A stretch of DNA of 64,000 bases from Hemiscyllium ocellatum (taxonomy: Eukaryota): contig NC_083426.1 of NCBI RefSeq assembly GCF_020745735.1, positions 17,918,001-17,982,000 on the forward strand, read 5' to 3'. This document shows positions 24,908 to 37,500 of this stretch, one piece after another (within the stretch, counting starts at the first letter, position 1; each line of letters begins with the position of its first letter). The position numbers and the translations under genes are program-made. Under the pieces are notes generated by a model. It was not told the origin of the DNA. It did not search any database and saw nothing but the letters and a program-made list of their open reading frames with translations.

Positions 24908-24913
24908 AATAAA
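24908..24913 (+). terminator. Polyadenylation signal of the chitinase gene
   Basis: AATAAA 38 nt after the stop codon. Confidence 0.6.
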
Positions 24914-27412
24914 AATAGTTTGAAGAATTACAATGTTAAAATGTTCATACCGGGACCATTAATACAAAACTGAATGACTATTTTATTATCTTGGAATGCA
25001 TGTTGCCAACACCAAGATGGCCATCTGCGCATGCAGTGGTAGAAGGTGATGCTGGTTCATCCCTTCAAATTTTCTGCCTGTTTGCCACCCTCTTCACAAG
25101 AACACATTCTGGATGTGGCCCCATCATCTACTGTAACCCCCCCCACATCCCCCACCGCATCACTCACTGCTAGTGTCTGCATCCCTCAATGCTCGACTTC
25201 CCATTTTGCTCAGGGTGTGAGACAGAGTGAGACATAGTGAGACATGGAGTTGAGTGCACCGCTGGGCCAATGTCAATCAGCAGCAGTGTTGTAGGTTTAA
25301 TAAATCCACAGGCTGAAAATTCAATTCTGGCATACTGTAAGATCTGTTGCTTTCACTGAGCCAGACTCAGAGGTTTGATTGCAAAGTGATGCTTCCTCAT
25401 ATATGTGAATGCAATTGGCAATAGGCATAACCTTTATATTTGTGCTGCAGCATCATATGGTTTAAGAATTTAGGATTTCTGAATATCGCCTAATTCCACT
25501 TTGATCAGCAATAAAGCACATTATGACGTCCCTAGAGACCAGCATTGCCCCCAACTAAATTTAACAATCCCATATCTTAAACAATTCATCCACTTTTTCT
25601 CTCCACCTTCACAATGCTCGACTTGAGTTGTGCCAAGCCCACCTGGTTCCTGGCCTCTTACAGGTTTACTTCAAAATGGATGAGAGCTGAATACTGCCCT
25701 TGATATCAAGACAACATCTTACCAATTTGACTTTAAAGGAGCCCTGACAAAACTGGAGCAGTTGAGAATCACATGGCAAAACTCTTCACAGTGTCATACC
25801 AAGCACAAAAAAAGGATGAATGTGGTTGTTGACAGCCAATCATCTCAGGCATAGGGCATCACGGCAGCAATCTTCAGGGTCAAGAAATAACCTTGGTTCA
25901 TTCATCATTGACTTTCTCTCTATCACAAGATTTGAAGTGTGGATGTTCACTAATGACTGGAAGGAGTTCAGCACCATATGTGACTTCACAAATACCAAAG
26001 CGGTCTATTCAATGTACAAATTAATTTGACGTCAATTAGATCATTCTGTGTTCAAACCTGTTCCACCACTTTATAAGACTGTGGTCAATCTGATTACTCC
26101 ATATTACCAACTGTTGCAGATAACCTTTCATCCTCTTGCTTATCAAGAATCCATTATGAATTTCATTGCATCATTAACAACAAGACCGAAACAACATTCA
26201 GGCTTGGGCTAATAAATGGCAAATAGCATTCAGACCAGTTAAATGTAGTTAATAAAAGTCCCCAACAATAGAACATGTAAGGATCTACCCTTGATATCCA
26301 GTGCCATTACCATCAACAATTTAGAGGGTACTGTGGACCATATAATTAACTATGTCATTGACATAATTACTATAGTTACAAGAGTAGATCATAGACGATG
26401 AATTTGGCTGTGACACACTACCTGGCTGGGAAAGTCTGCTCATCAACCACAAGGCAGAAATCAGGCATGCGATGGAATGGTCTTCACCATAAGATTTAGC
26501 AGCAAAAGTAGACCATTTGGCCTAATTCTGCTTTGCCACTTGATCATGGCTGTTATGTTTCTCAACCCCATTCTCTACATTCTCCCCACCATGTTTCATC
26601 CCCTTGCTAATCAAGGACCTATCTGTCTTAAATACACTAAAATGTACACTGTAGCAATGAGTTCCATAGATTCACAACCCTTTGAAGTAATTCCTCCATG
26701 TTACAGTTCTAAAGGAATGTCCATTCAGTCCTCGGCTATACCATCATCTCCTAGTCTCTCCTATCAATGGAAACATGATCTTCAATTCCATTCTATTCTG
26801 ACCTTTCAGTTTTCTGTAAGCTTCGACGAGATGCCCCCCACCCTTCTAAACTCAATCAAGTACAGCCCCAGAATGCTCAACCGGTTCTTATATGACAAGC
26901 TCTTCATTCCCAGAATTATTTTTGAAAATCTCCTCTGAACCCCTTCCAATGTCAACACATCCTTCTTGAGATATAGTGTCCAAAATTACTCATAACATTC
27001 CTAATACAGCCTTAGTAGTATATCTTTGCTCTTGTATTCTCGCTCTCTTGAAATGAATGCTAAGGTTGTGTTTAGTCCAACAGGTTTATTTAGGAAGCAC
27101 TAGAGCTTTTGGAGAGCTGCTCCTTCACCAGGTGGTTGTGGAGTATAAGATCTAAGATGCAGAATTTATAGCAAAAGTTTACAGTGTGATGCAACTGAAA
27201 TGATGCATTGAGAAAGACCTTGACTGCATGTTAGTCTCTCATCTTTTAGAATGACCATGTTAGCTTCAGTTCTTTCATATGTAAATCCCAGAACTTTTTT
27301 TTAAAAAGTTACATTCTCAAGTGAACTTTAATACTGGGTGCCATATCAACTCGGATAATGCACTGAACGTGTAAGGTTAAAGTCCGTCTGTCTGTATCCC
27401 TAAGTTCAGATT

Positions 27413-27707
27413 GATTAGATTAGACTTACCGTGTGGAAACAGGCCCTTCAGCCCAACAAGTCCACACCGACCCGCCGAAGCGCAACCCACCCATACCCCT
27501 AACCTAACACTACGGGCAATTTAGCATGGCCAATTCGCCTGACCCGCACATCTTTGGACTGTGGGAGGAAACCGGAGCGCCCGGAGGAAACCCACGCAGA
27601 CACGGGGAGAACGTGCAAACTCCACACAGTCGCCTGAGTCAGGAATTGAACCCGGGTCTCAGGCGCTGTGAGGCAGCAGTGCTCACCACTGTGCCACCGT
27701 GCTGCCC
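27413..27707 (-). mobile_element. tRNA-derived SINE (HE1-like) nested in the left arm of the Penelope palindrome
   Basis: Absent from the corresponding right arm (about 28985-29000). Confidence 0.85.
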
Positions 27708-27986
27708 ATTCTATTACTAAAAAAATAAATTTATAGAATCTTACATTAATTCATGCAGTTTTTGAGCAAAATAAAATATAATTCTGCAAATACAAATTCA
27801 CCCCACGACCTTATGTGTGTGCACGCATATGGGTGTGTATGGGGTGGGGGTGTCTGTGAGCGTATGTGTATGCACGTGAGTATAAAGGGGTATAGGTCTG
27901 TCAGAGGATGCATGTGTGTGTGTGAGCTTATGAGAGCTTGTGTATGAAGGGGGGTGGGGGGTTGCGTGAGTGTATGGGTCTATAGG

Positions 27987-27988
<2 letters not shown>

Positions 27989-28060
<72 letters not shown>

Positions 28061-28068
28061 TGTGTGTG
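27989..28068. repeat. (TG)n(AG)n compound microsatellite
   Basis: Directly visible. Confidence 0.95.
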
Positions 28069-29271
28069 TAATGCAGTGGGGTAACCTGTAGTATGGCATG
28101 AACACAATGTCCCGGTTGGAGCTATCCCCATGGGTACCGAACTTAGCTAACAACTTCCTCTCAGCCACTTTGCATTGTTGCCTGTCCCAAAGTTTGCCTT
28201 GGAGGATGGTCACCCAAAGATCCATGGCTGAATGTCCTGGACTGCCGAAGCGTTCCCCAAGTGGGAGGAAACACTCCTGGCTGAGCATTGTTCTGTGGTG
28301 TCCATTCATCCGTTGCCGTAGCCTCTACTCGGTCTCGCCAATGTACCATGCCTCAGGGTATCCTTGCCTGCAGCGTGGACGTGGCAGGTACTCATGTGAC
28401 TTGGCCTTATACGCTGCAGGCAAGGATGCCCTGAGGCGCGGTACATTGCCGAGACTGAGCACAGGCTACGACAACGGATGAATGGACACCACACAACAAT
28501 CACGAACCAGGAACATTCCATCCCAGTCAGGGAACACTTCATCGGTCCGGGACATTCGGCCTCTGATCTTCAGGTGACCATCCTCCACAGGCAAACTTTG
28601 AGACAGGCAATAACACAAAGTGGCTAAGCAGAAGTTGTTGGTCAAGTTCGGTACCCCTGGGGATGGCCTCAACTAGGACCTTGGGTTCACGTCACACTAC
28701 AGGTGATCCCACTGCACTACACACTCACACTCCTATAGACCAATACACTGACGCAGACTCTCTCGCACATACACACACCCCACATCGTCTCAGACATATA
28801 CCCCCTTTACAGTCACATACATATACACTCTCTCAGACACTCACACACCCCTCCCCCCAACACACATCCACATGCGCGCATGCATAAAAGTTCGTGGGGT
28901 GAATTTGTACTTGCAGATTTACATTTTATTTTGCTCAATAACTGCATGAATTTATGAAATATTCTGTAAATCCCATTTTTTAGTAATAGAATCAGTCTGA
29001 ACATTGGGACACAGATAGGCGGACTTTAACCTTACACCTGCAATGCACTATCTGAGCTGACATGGCACCTATTGTTAAAGTTCACTTGAGAATGTAACTT
29101 TAAAAAAAGTTCTTTCTTATGTAAATTCCAGAACTGAAACCAACATGGTCATTCTAAAAGATGAGAGACTTAACAAACAATCCAGGTCTTTTTCAATAAA
29201 TCATTTCAGTTGCATCACACTGTAAACTTTTGCTAGAACTTCTCTTGTCTTACGATCTTATACTCCACAAC

Positions 29272-29306
29272 CACCTGACGAAGGAGCAGCGCTCTGAAAG
29301 CTAGTG
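29272..29306 (+). ncRNA. Minimal hammerhead ribozyme motif (Penelope type)
   Basis: CAC-CTGACGA-A-GGAGC-AGC-GCTCT-GAA-AGCT-A-GTG. Confidence 0.7.
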
Positions 29307-30000
29307 CTTCCAAATAAACCTGTTGGACTATAACTTGGTGGTTGTATGATTTTTAACTTTGTACACCACATTCCAACACCGACATCTCCAAATCAAGGTT
29401 GTTTATCTTCCTAACAGCCAACTGAACCTGGATATTACCCTTAAAAGAATCCTGAACTAGGACTCTCAAGTTCCTTTTTGCTTCAGATTTCCAAAGCTGT
29501 TTTCATTTTAGAAAATACATATTTATTACTCCTATGAAAGTGCCTCTCACTTTCCCAAATTATATTCCATCAGACACTTGTTTGCCCCCTCCCCTAATCT
29601 GCTCAAGTCCTTCTGCACCTTCCCCACTTTCTCAATACTACCTGTCCCTCCATAACTCTGTGTCATCTGCAAAGCTAGTAACAACGTATTCACTTCTTTT
29701 GTCTAGGTAATTAATATATAATGCAAATAGCTGTGGTCTCAACCAAGACCCCTGTGGAATTCTACATTCACTGCTGCCATCCTGGAAAGGTCCTTTTATC
29801 CATACTCTCTACATTCTGCCAGTCAGCCAATCCTCTATCCAGCTCAGTACCTTGCCTCTAACACCACAGGCTGTTATCTTATTTAGCAGCCTCCTCTGTG
29901 GCATCTTGTCAAAGGCCTTCTGGAAATTCAAACATCACACCCATTGCCTCTCGTTTGTCTGAATTGCTCATTACCTCCTCAAAGAACTCTAACAGATTTA

Positions 30001-30575
30001 GACCATAAGACATAGGAGTGGAGTAAGGCCATTCGGCCCATCGAGTCCACTCCGCCATTCAATCATGGCTGATGGGCATTTCAACTCCACTTACCAGCAT
30101 TCTCCCCGTAGCCCTTAATTCCTCGAGACATCAAGAATCTATCAATCTCTGCCTTGAAGACATTTAGCGTCCCAGTTTCCACTGCACTCTGCGGCAATGA
30201 ATTCCACAGGCCCACCACTCTCTGGCTGAAGAAATATCTCCGCATATCTTTTCTGAATTGACCCCCTCTAATTTTAAGGCTGTGTCCACGGGTCCTCGTC
30301 TCCTCGCCTAACGGAAAAAATTTCCTAGCGTCCACCCTTCCCAAGCCATGTATTATCTTGGAAGTTTCTATTAAGTCTCCCCTTAATCTTCTAAACTCCA
30401 ATGAATACAATCCCAGGATCCTCAGCCATTCCTCATATATTAGACCAACCATTCCAGGGATCATCTGTGTGAATCTTCGCTGGGCACGCTCCAGTGCCAG
30501 TATGTCCTTCCTGAGGTGTGGGACCAAAACTGGACACAGTACTCCAAATGGGGCCTAACCAGAGCTTTATAAAGT
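30001..30575 (-). mobile_element. Young CR1 LINE 3' end nested in an older CR1
   Basis: Highly similar to 43564-44140; LERAQRRFT...GLWNSLP. Confidence 0.9.
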
Positions 30576-32194
30576 CAAGCATAACCTCCCTTGATGAAGA
30601 TGTGCTGACTCTGTACTATTATACCATGCAGTTCCAAGTATTCTGCAATCTCATCTTTGACAGTGGACTCTGAAATCTTACCAATAACCAAGGTCTGGGT
30701 AACCAATCTATAGTTTCCAGTCTTCTGCCTCCCACCATGCTTAAACAGGGATGTTGCAGTAGCCTTTTCCAGTTCTCTGGGACGATTCCATTGATTCCTG
30801 AAAGATCATCACTAATGCCTCTACAATCTCCTCAGCTATCTCCTTCAGAACTTCAGGGTGAGGTCCATCTGATTTATCCACCTTCAGAGCTTGCAGCTTC
30901 CCCAGCACCACCTTCTGTGTGATGGCTACTATACTCACCTCTGCCTCCTGATTCTCTTGAAGCACTGGTAAGCTATTGGCATCTTGCATTGAAAGCTGAT
31001 GCAATGTACCTATTCAATTCCTCCACCATTAATTTTACCCCATTATGACTGCTCTTACTTTCCAGTGGTCCAATGTCTACTTTTGCCTCTCTCTTACCTT
31101 TCAGATATCTAAAAAGAATATTCTATTACTAACCAGCTTGCCCTCATGTTTCATTTTTTCTACACCTATCAATTGTTCTCTGCTGGTTTTTAGAGCCTTC
31201 CCATTAATCTTCACTGCATTGTATGCCTTAACACTATATCTGATTTCCCTTGTCAGCCATGGTTGCTTCATTTCTTCTCTAGCACGCCCCCCACGTCTCC
31301 ATCTCTGGGATGAATCTCTGCTGTGCCTCCCAAATTACTCTCAGAAACTTCTACCAGTGCTGCTCCACTGTCTTTCTTGCTTGAATACCCTTCCACTCAA
31401 CTCTAGTCATTTCCTCCCTCACGTCTCTATAGTTACCTTTACTCTATTATAACACTATTACATCGGATACTAGCTTCTCCCTCTCAAACCACAATGGGAT
31501 CCACCAGCTCCAATATCATGCAGTTATATCGCCTGACTGGGCATGTCTATTTGAATTACTTAGCTTTTGATTTTGTTTTGGAACTTGTCATAGTTTGTAG
31601 CATGTAAATATTTTCCCTATTACCTTCAAACTAAAAGTAACCCATAGAAGTCAAGTAGACCAAAGATATATAGTTTAGATGGATTGGCTATGCTAAATTG
31701 TCCTGCAGTATCCAGGGACATGCAGACTAGCTGGATTAGCCATGGTTCATCCAGGTTTACAGGGATGTGGTGGGTCTGGTGGGATGCTCTTCAGAGGTTT
31801 AATGCAGATTCTATGGGGCAAATGGCCTTTTTTTGCACTGTAGGGATTCTGTAAAATTAGTAGATATGCCCAACCGATGGACTTACAATATACCTATGAG
31901 GTGACCTTTTCCGTGCCCCAATTTGTCTCAGGCTGTATCTCACTCTGGATGTGATCTCTCCTTCCTACGATGAAAGGTTTACAGATTGTGCACTTTCAAC
32001 AGGTCCTCTCTCTTGCCTGGACGTGTGCAATTCCAATACTTTTATTTAGAGCACATTACACTATCTTGAACAACAGTTCTGAAAAGCTGCTCACCGTCAG
32101 GACACACAGATGGGCAATAAATAGCGGCCTTGTCAACAACACCATGTCCAAATGAAAAATATTACTTCTGGAACTCTCTAAAATTTCATCAGTT

Positions 32195-32425
32195 ACAGAT
32201 GAAAGGCTTAACAGACAATCAATTTTTCAATGTATAATTTCAGTTACATCACACTGCAAATTTTTGCTATAAGTTCTGTGTTATGATTGAGCCCTCCACA
32301 ATCACCTGATGAAGGGGCGTCGCTCCGAAAGCTAGTGTGCTTCCAATTAAACATGTTGGACTATAACCTGGTGTTGTATGATTTTTAACTTTGTACACCC
32401 CAGTCCAACACCAGCATCTCCATCA
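32195..32425 (+). mobile_element. Penelope pseudo-LTR fragment
   Basis: Homologous to 29160-29394. Confidence 0.8.
32303..32337 (+). ncRNA. Minimal hammerhead ribozyme motif (Penelope type)
   Basis: CAC-CTGATGA-A-GGGGC-GTC-GCTCC-GAA-AGCT-A-GTG. Confidence 0.75.
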
Positions 32426-32619
32426 TTATTTCCAATGTGACGTTTTAGAAACATTATGAAAATTGCTTTAAATTAAAATACATATGCTTAAGTAAAAACA
32501 CATTGAATGTCTATCTCATGAGATACTTAAGTTCTACAAACCAACAATGTTCATTATTTAAGGATTTAGTGCATATGTTGTACATACTATACAAGTAGAA
32601 GTTGGATTATAAATGACCA

Positions 32620-32906
32620 AGATAACACACAGTAAACAGGCAAGTTTAATTAAACATAGGAAATTGGTTTGAAGTTCAAGCTGAATAAACAGTGTTTATT
32701 TGCATCAAGAAGTATGTTTACTTTACCACTCGTCATAAGTGAAAGTAGCAAATCCGTTCAAAAATTTAATTTAGAAATACTGAGATAGCAAAGCTTTATT
32801 AGATCAGTCTATTATGAAAACCTTATTCATCGCAAACTTGGCAACAAATTTATTAAAGTATTTGCATATAACAAAATTCAATGCAGATCGATACAACATT
32901 TCTACA
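32620..32906 (-). terminator. Candidate poly(A) signal cluster for the minus-strand gene
   Basis: Minus-strand AATAAA at 32854-32849, 32800-32795 and 32700-32695; TGTA pair at 32906-32903 and 32895-32892; GT-rich stretch at about 32640-32620. The region is AT-rich, so chance matches are possible. Confidence 0.4.
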
Positions 32907-34377
32907 AGTGGACCTGAATGTATAACAAACTTGATATCTTCAGTGCTTGTATATAAGTTGCATGTCTAGTAATGCCATCTTTTACTGCTTTTGTAAACAC
33001 AGATAGATGCAGAGTTTAGTAACACAAAAATAAACACATTTAGATGACACTTCACATTCTTGGGATATTCAAAACCAATAAAAGACTTTTGAATTACAAT
33101 CACAGTTGTTCTGCACAATACTCAATTTGAACCAGCAATGTTTGCCACACATGAAATCAATGAATGGTCCACTTGTTCTTTGAACACTAAGGAGGAGCTT
33201 TTACATTACCTCAACAAGCAAAGTCTCTTATCCAAAATACGATATTTATCAAAAGGATCAGCCTAACTGATTTATTTGGATTGCAGTACAAGTCTTAAAG
33301 ATGATATTTTGATTCAGGAATATGAGTACTGCAAATTCAATACAAAACTTGCATTTTCCAAATTGAAAGGTGAAATTTTGTCTACAAACATCTTTTTAGC
33401 AGAAGCACTCATTTTTATGGAGGCAAGGTACCAAATAATGTCTATTAATAAGATCTGAACATTGATTACGTTCTCCTGATAACATTAATCAGTAATTTTA
33501 TTACACAAATGACTTTCCAACTTAACTATTAACAACTCAGCAAACAACTTGAGCAAAACCTAATCAGTTTAAAAATTCTAAACTCAGATTGTAAAAGGTG
33601 AAAAGCATATATCAAGTATTTTTCTTTCTTGTCTGAATAAATTAACTGGTGTTACAAAAGAGACAATGGACTTTGCCTCATTATAATTTAAATAATTTCT
33701 TAAATGAATATGGCGATTATAAGCATCATGATTTACTTGATTACCTTGCAGAGATCAAATCCAAGTCACCTTGGCTATATGAATGCTTGGCAGCCAAGTT
33801 TCCGAATGCCACTGCAATGATGTACATGGTTTCGGGATTTTCTTGGTATATTGTATTAAATTTTTCAAAACATCCCAAAGTATCAAAACTTAGTATAATA
33901 CTGTAAAAAGAAACTGGTCAGAATTGTAACAATGAAGTGTTCACCTATTTCTACTTCATAGATGCAGTATGAAAGGTGTCCTTGGTCACTCCCAGTTGCT
34001 CCTTAAAGCAGAGGATATAAAACAAGATGAAGAGCAACTGGCATAACATGGTACAGACTGGAGGGGCATAAGGTTGCCACAGGTTTTATCTGAATAGCAG
34101 GGAATATGTGTGCTCTTTAATTTAATTGCTTTGCTTTTGATGGAAATTTAAAAATGAGGAAGTTATGTTCTTTCAGTGGAAAAGTGAAAGAAAAACATCA
34201 AAAGAGCCATTCCAGGTCTCACCAATGCAGACTTTAAGTCTTCCGCACAGCCAAGCAATATATATGCACATAAAACATGTATAAATAAATTTTCAAAACA
34301 TACTTGGCAGTGGAATCACTATCATTACCCATAATGGAAGTCACCCCCAATATGTAATAGGAGCTACTTTTTGGAAT

Positions 34378-34513
34378 AATGAGAAGTAAAAAATGAGGTC
34401 TGCAGATGCTGGAGATCACAGCTGAAAATGTGTTGCTGGTTAAAGCACAGCAGGTCAGGCAGCATCTCAGGAATAGGGAATTCGACGTTTCGAGCATAAG
34501 CCCAATGAGAAGT
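34378..34513 (-). mobile_element. Short Penelope-derived insertion with a 10-bp TSD
   Basis: AATGAGAAGT at 34378-34387 and 34504-34513; homologous to 5066-5175. Confidence 0.8.
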
Positions 34514-37500
34514 CCCAGTTTTTACACAATGAAATGCTAATTAAAATTAGAGACAAATTAATTTAAACAAAGTTAATTAGACAAAAAGGAAACATCTCAC
34601 ACAAAGCCAAGCAGGAAAACAATGCAGGCAAGGATAGGGGTAATGGAGATCTTATTGTATACAAACCTGTGAAACTGAACAGAAGTTGTGAACTGAACAA
34701 AAGAAATCATTAAAACGCTTGGAAAATGGAATGATTAATCAACATCTCCAATATTTCATAAAGGTTATATCCATTAAGTATTGGATTATAGTATCTTAGT
34801 TTTACTGACTTTAGGAAATCAATTCATGCTCAGGGGCTTAGTACAATTAAGCAACAGGAGACTGATCTATTCCGAAGTTTTACCATTTACAAAACTATAC
34901 GGATATGACTAGATTGGTAGCCCTCTACATGACCAAGCCTGAAGCAACTCAAATGCTGGAGCATTAACAGCTTGCTCCATCTACTCTAAAAATACAAGAC
35001 TCAATGTAGGCAAACCACAGTAAGAGTACCAGATATTACATATTGGCTGTCATCTGTCCAGACTTCCTATCACTAACATGAAAAGAATAAATGAAAAAGG
35101 TTCCACGTTACAAGCCAAAGGGGGGATAGCTGTTGTCTGAACACATGGTGTAGTCAATGATTTTATATAATAAGCTCTCCTTCCACCTTCCCTATTTTGC
35201 TTTGAGTTTTTTTTTCTCTTTCATTTTTCTCCTATTCCTTTCCTGGCCATTCATGCCCCTCCAGACAACTTTTTTTTTTGTTTCTTTACCTTTTCCTTTG
35301 TCTTGGTACCATTAAATCCTCTTTTCATTTAAGTTCTTCTTCCCTCCATCCAGCCACAGACCTTTCTTGTTATTCTTAATACCTTTCATTTGCCCAAAGT
35401 CTCCATTCCTAATTTTTCCCAATTCTAACGCAAGGTCACAAACTATATATTTTTTTTTTTAATTGCCTCGGGTATTCTGAGGTCCACTGAGCATTTTCAT
35501 CTTTCCCTCTTCTCTCATAATTCCAGATCTCCAGTGCTTACAGTGTTTAATATTTGTGTGCCAATGCTATTGCCAGTGCCAACAGATCAAAAATCAATAT
35601 AGCCATTGAATGCATTGGAAAAGAATTCTAATCATGTGGCCATGAAAAGTTAAATTGTCTTTTATTTGACACCTGAGAAGTTTCATAATTTTTGAAATAT
35701 ATAAACACTTTTCTAAACTTTGCATACACATAACTGGTGTAGGACAAATACATTAGATGCAACATGCTGTAGCTTACATCAACCTCTGTTATTAATCCTG
35801 GTTTTGAAGCCAAATTACTTCATCCATTTCTGAAGCAACTTTATGTAGTTGTTTATTTTATATAATTTCAAGGTAATATCAATTTCAAGGTAATCTACAA
35901 GCAAAGACATTGAAATACAGGATCCTGAACGTATATCTACTTTCAAGCAATTGTGTTCTGTGCAAGACAAGACAAAATTACATTACTAAAAATACTGTAG
36001 TCCTAACATTATCAGTTTTCTTAATGAAATAAACGCAAGGAAACAGTATAAATGTGACATGACAATAAGGTGGGGAACATAAAAGGTCTAGGTGCAAGTA
36101 CTGACCAATGACTTTTGTTGTCCGTGGGAAGGTGGTAAACTTGGATAGATTACTTGTGAGAACCTATTTGGAAGAATGTAGTTTTAGTCACAGTATTTTC
36201 AAAAGAATATTTATGCAACAGAATGTTCAAAGAATGGTTTAGATGTAGTAGTCTATTGGATCCAAAGCTGAATCAAGAACAAAAGAAGATCATAGATCTG
36301 AAATGACAAAACATCAAAGTGAAGCTACAGAAAATAATTAAACCTTTTCCTGGAGAGATTCTCTGCAGAATCTACTCCAATTCAGTCAATTAATTTAAAG
36401 ACCTCGTTAAATGTCTGATTGGAAATGATGTTGGGATAATGAGGATGACTATCAGACTTTGTCTTGTGTAGGTCTGTACAGTCAGTTACAGCACAATATA
36501 CAATAGTTCCAGTCTTACTACGGTGGGAAGGAATATCGTGTGTAGATCAAGCTAGTCAGAATGGAGTGACGTGCACTTTCATTTTCTAAAATCTTGCTTG
36601 ACAACATTTGAATGTCAATTAGCACTTATGCAGAATGTTCCATGAAAGTTTAAATTAGGAGACTAAAATGCATCGTATGTCAACTGTGTCCAAGGGGTTG
36701 GTCTGCAAAGCAAATTAACTTGCTGGCACAAATTAACTTGCATATTCTGACTAGCAATGGTATACACATGATATTCCTTTCCACTGTAGTAAGACAGGAG
36801 CTACTGAATATTGTGCGGAAACGGATTGTACAGATCTACACAAGACGAAGTCTGACAGTCATCCTCATTACCCCAACATCATTTCCAATCAGACATTTAA
36901 CCAGCTCCTTAATTAACTTATATATTCTTCAGCATAAAATGTAAAATGTTACAGAAGATTGGCTCAATCTGATAAGGCATTACACCTAAAAACATTAAAC
37001 CAGACACATGGGAAGATTTTCAATTACATCAAAGATCAGCTAACACACAAGATTGCATTTGTAATGCTAACTCTGGTTTAGAAACAATGACAGAAGTTTA
37101 AATTAGCACGACTGGATAAACATGCAGAGGCACTGTGCTTTAAATCCCATTGCATCTCAGCTCATGCTTCAGGATTTCCATGTAGATTACTCAGAAGCAT
37201 ACCAATAAGAGATGAAGTGTTATCAAATCCAGGTCTAAAGACATACTGGACTTGCTCAGTAACATTAAGCAGTTTCAGTAGAAAACACAGAAAACTATTT
37301 AAAAGAACATTCATCTGTAGTTATCAGTTGATAGAAATTTTCCTAAAATTGATTCATCTTGAGAAACCCAAGTAAATACAGCGATATTGGTATATTTATC
37401 AAGATTTCCTTCATCAGTTACACCAGAGAGGATTTTGACCACAGAAATCACACCAGCTATTCACCTGTGTACGGAGGAAGAGCAATACTATAGAAATGAA

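Larger units (their letters stand above)
27070..29394. mobile_element. About 2.3 kb foldback Penelope-like element
   Basis: Inverted arms around loop 28377-28410; GIY-YIG-like YIAETEHRLRQRMNGH in the arms; AAGGTTGT at 27062-27069 and 29395-29402. Confidence 0.85.
26490..31490 (-). mobile_element. Older degraded CR1 LINE interrupted by the Penelope palindrome and the younger CR1
   Basis: CR1-type segments at 26490-27069, 29395-30000 and 30576-31490 are colinear; e.g. LKVDKSDGPHPEVLKEIAEEIVEAL. Confidence 0.75.
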
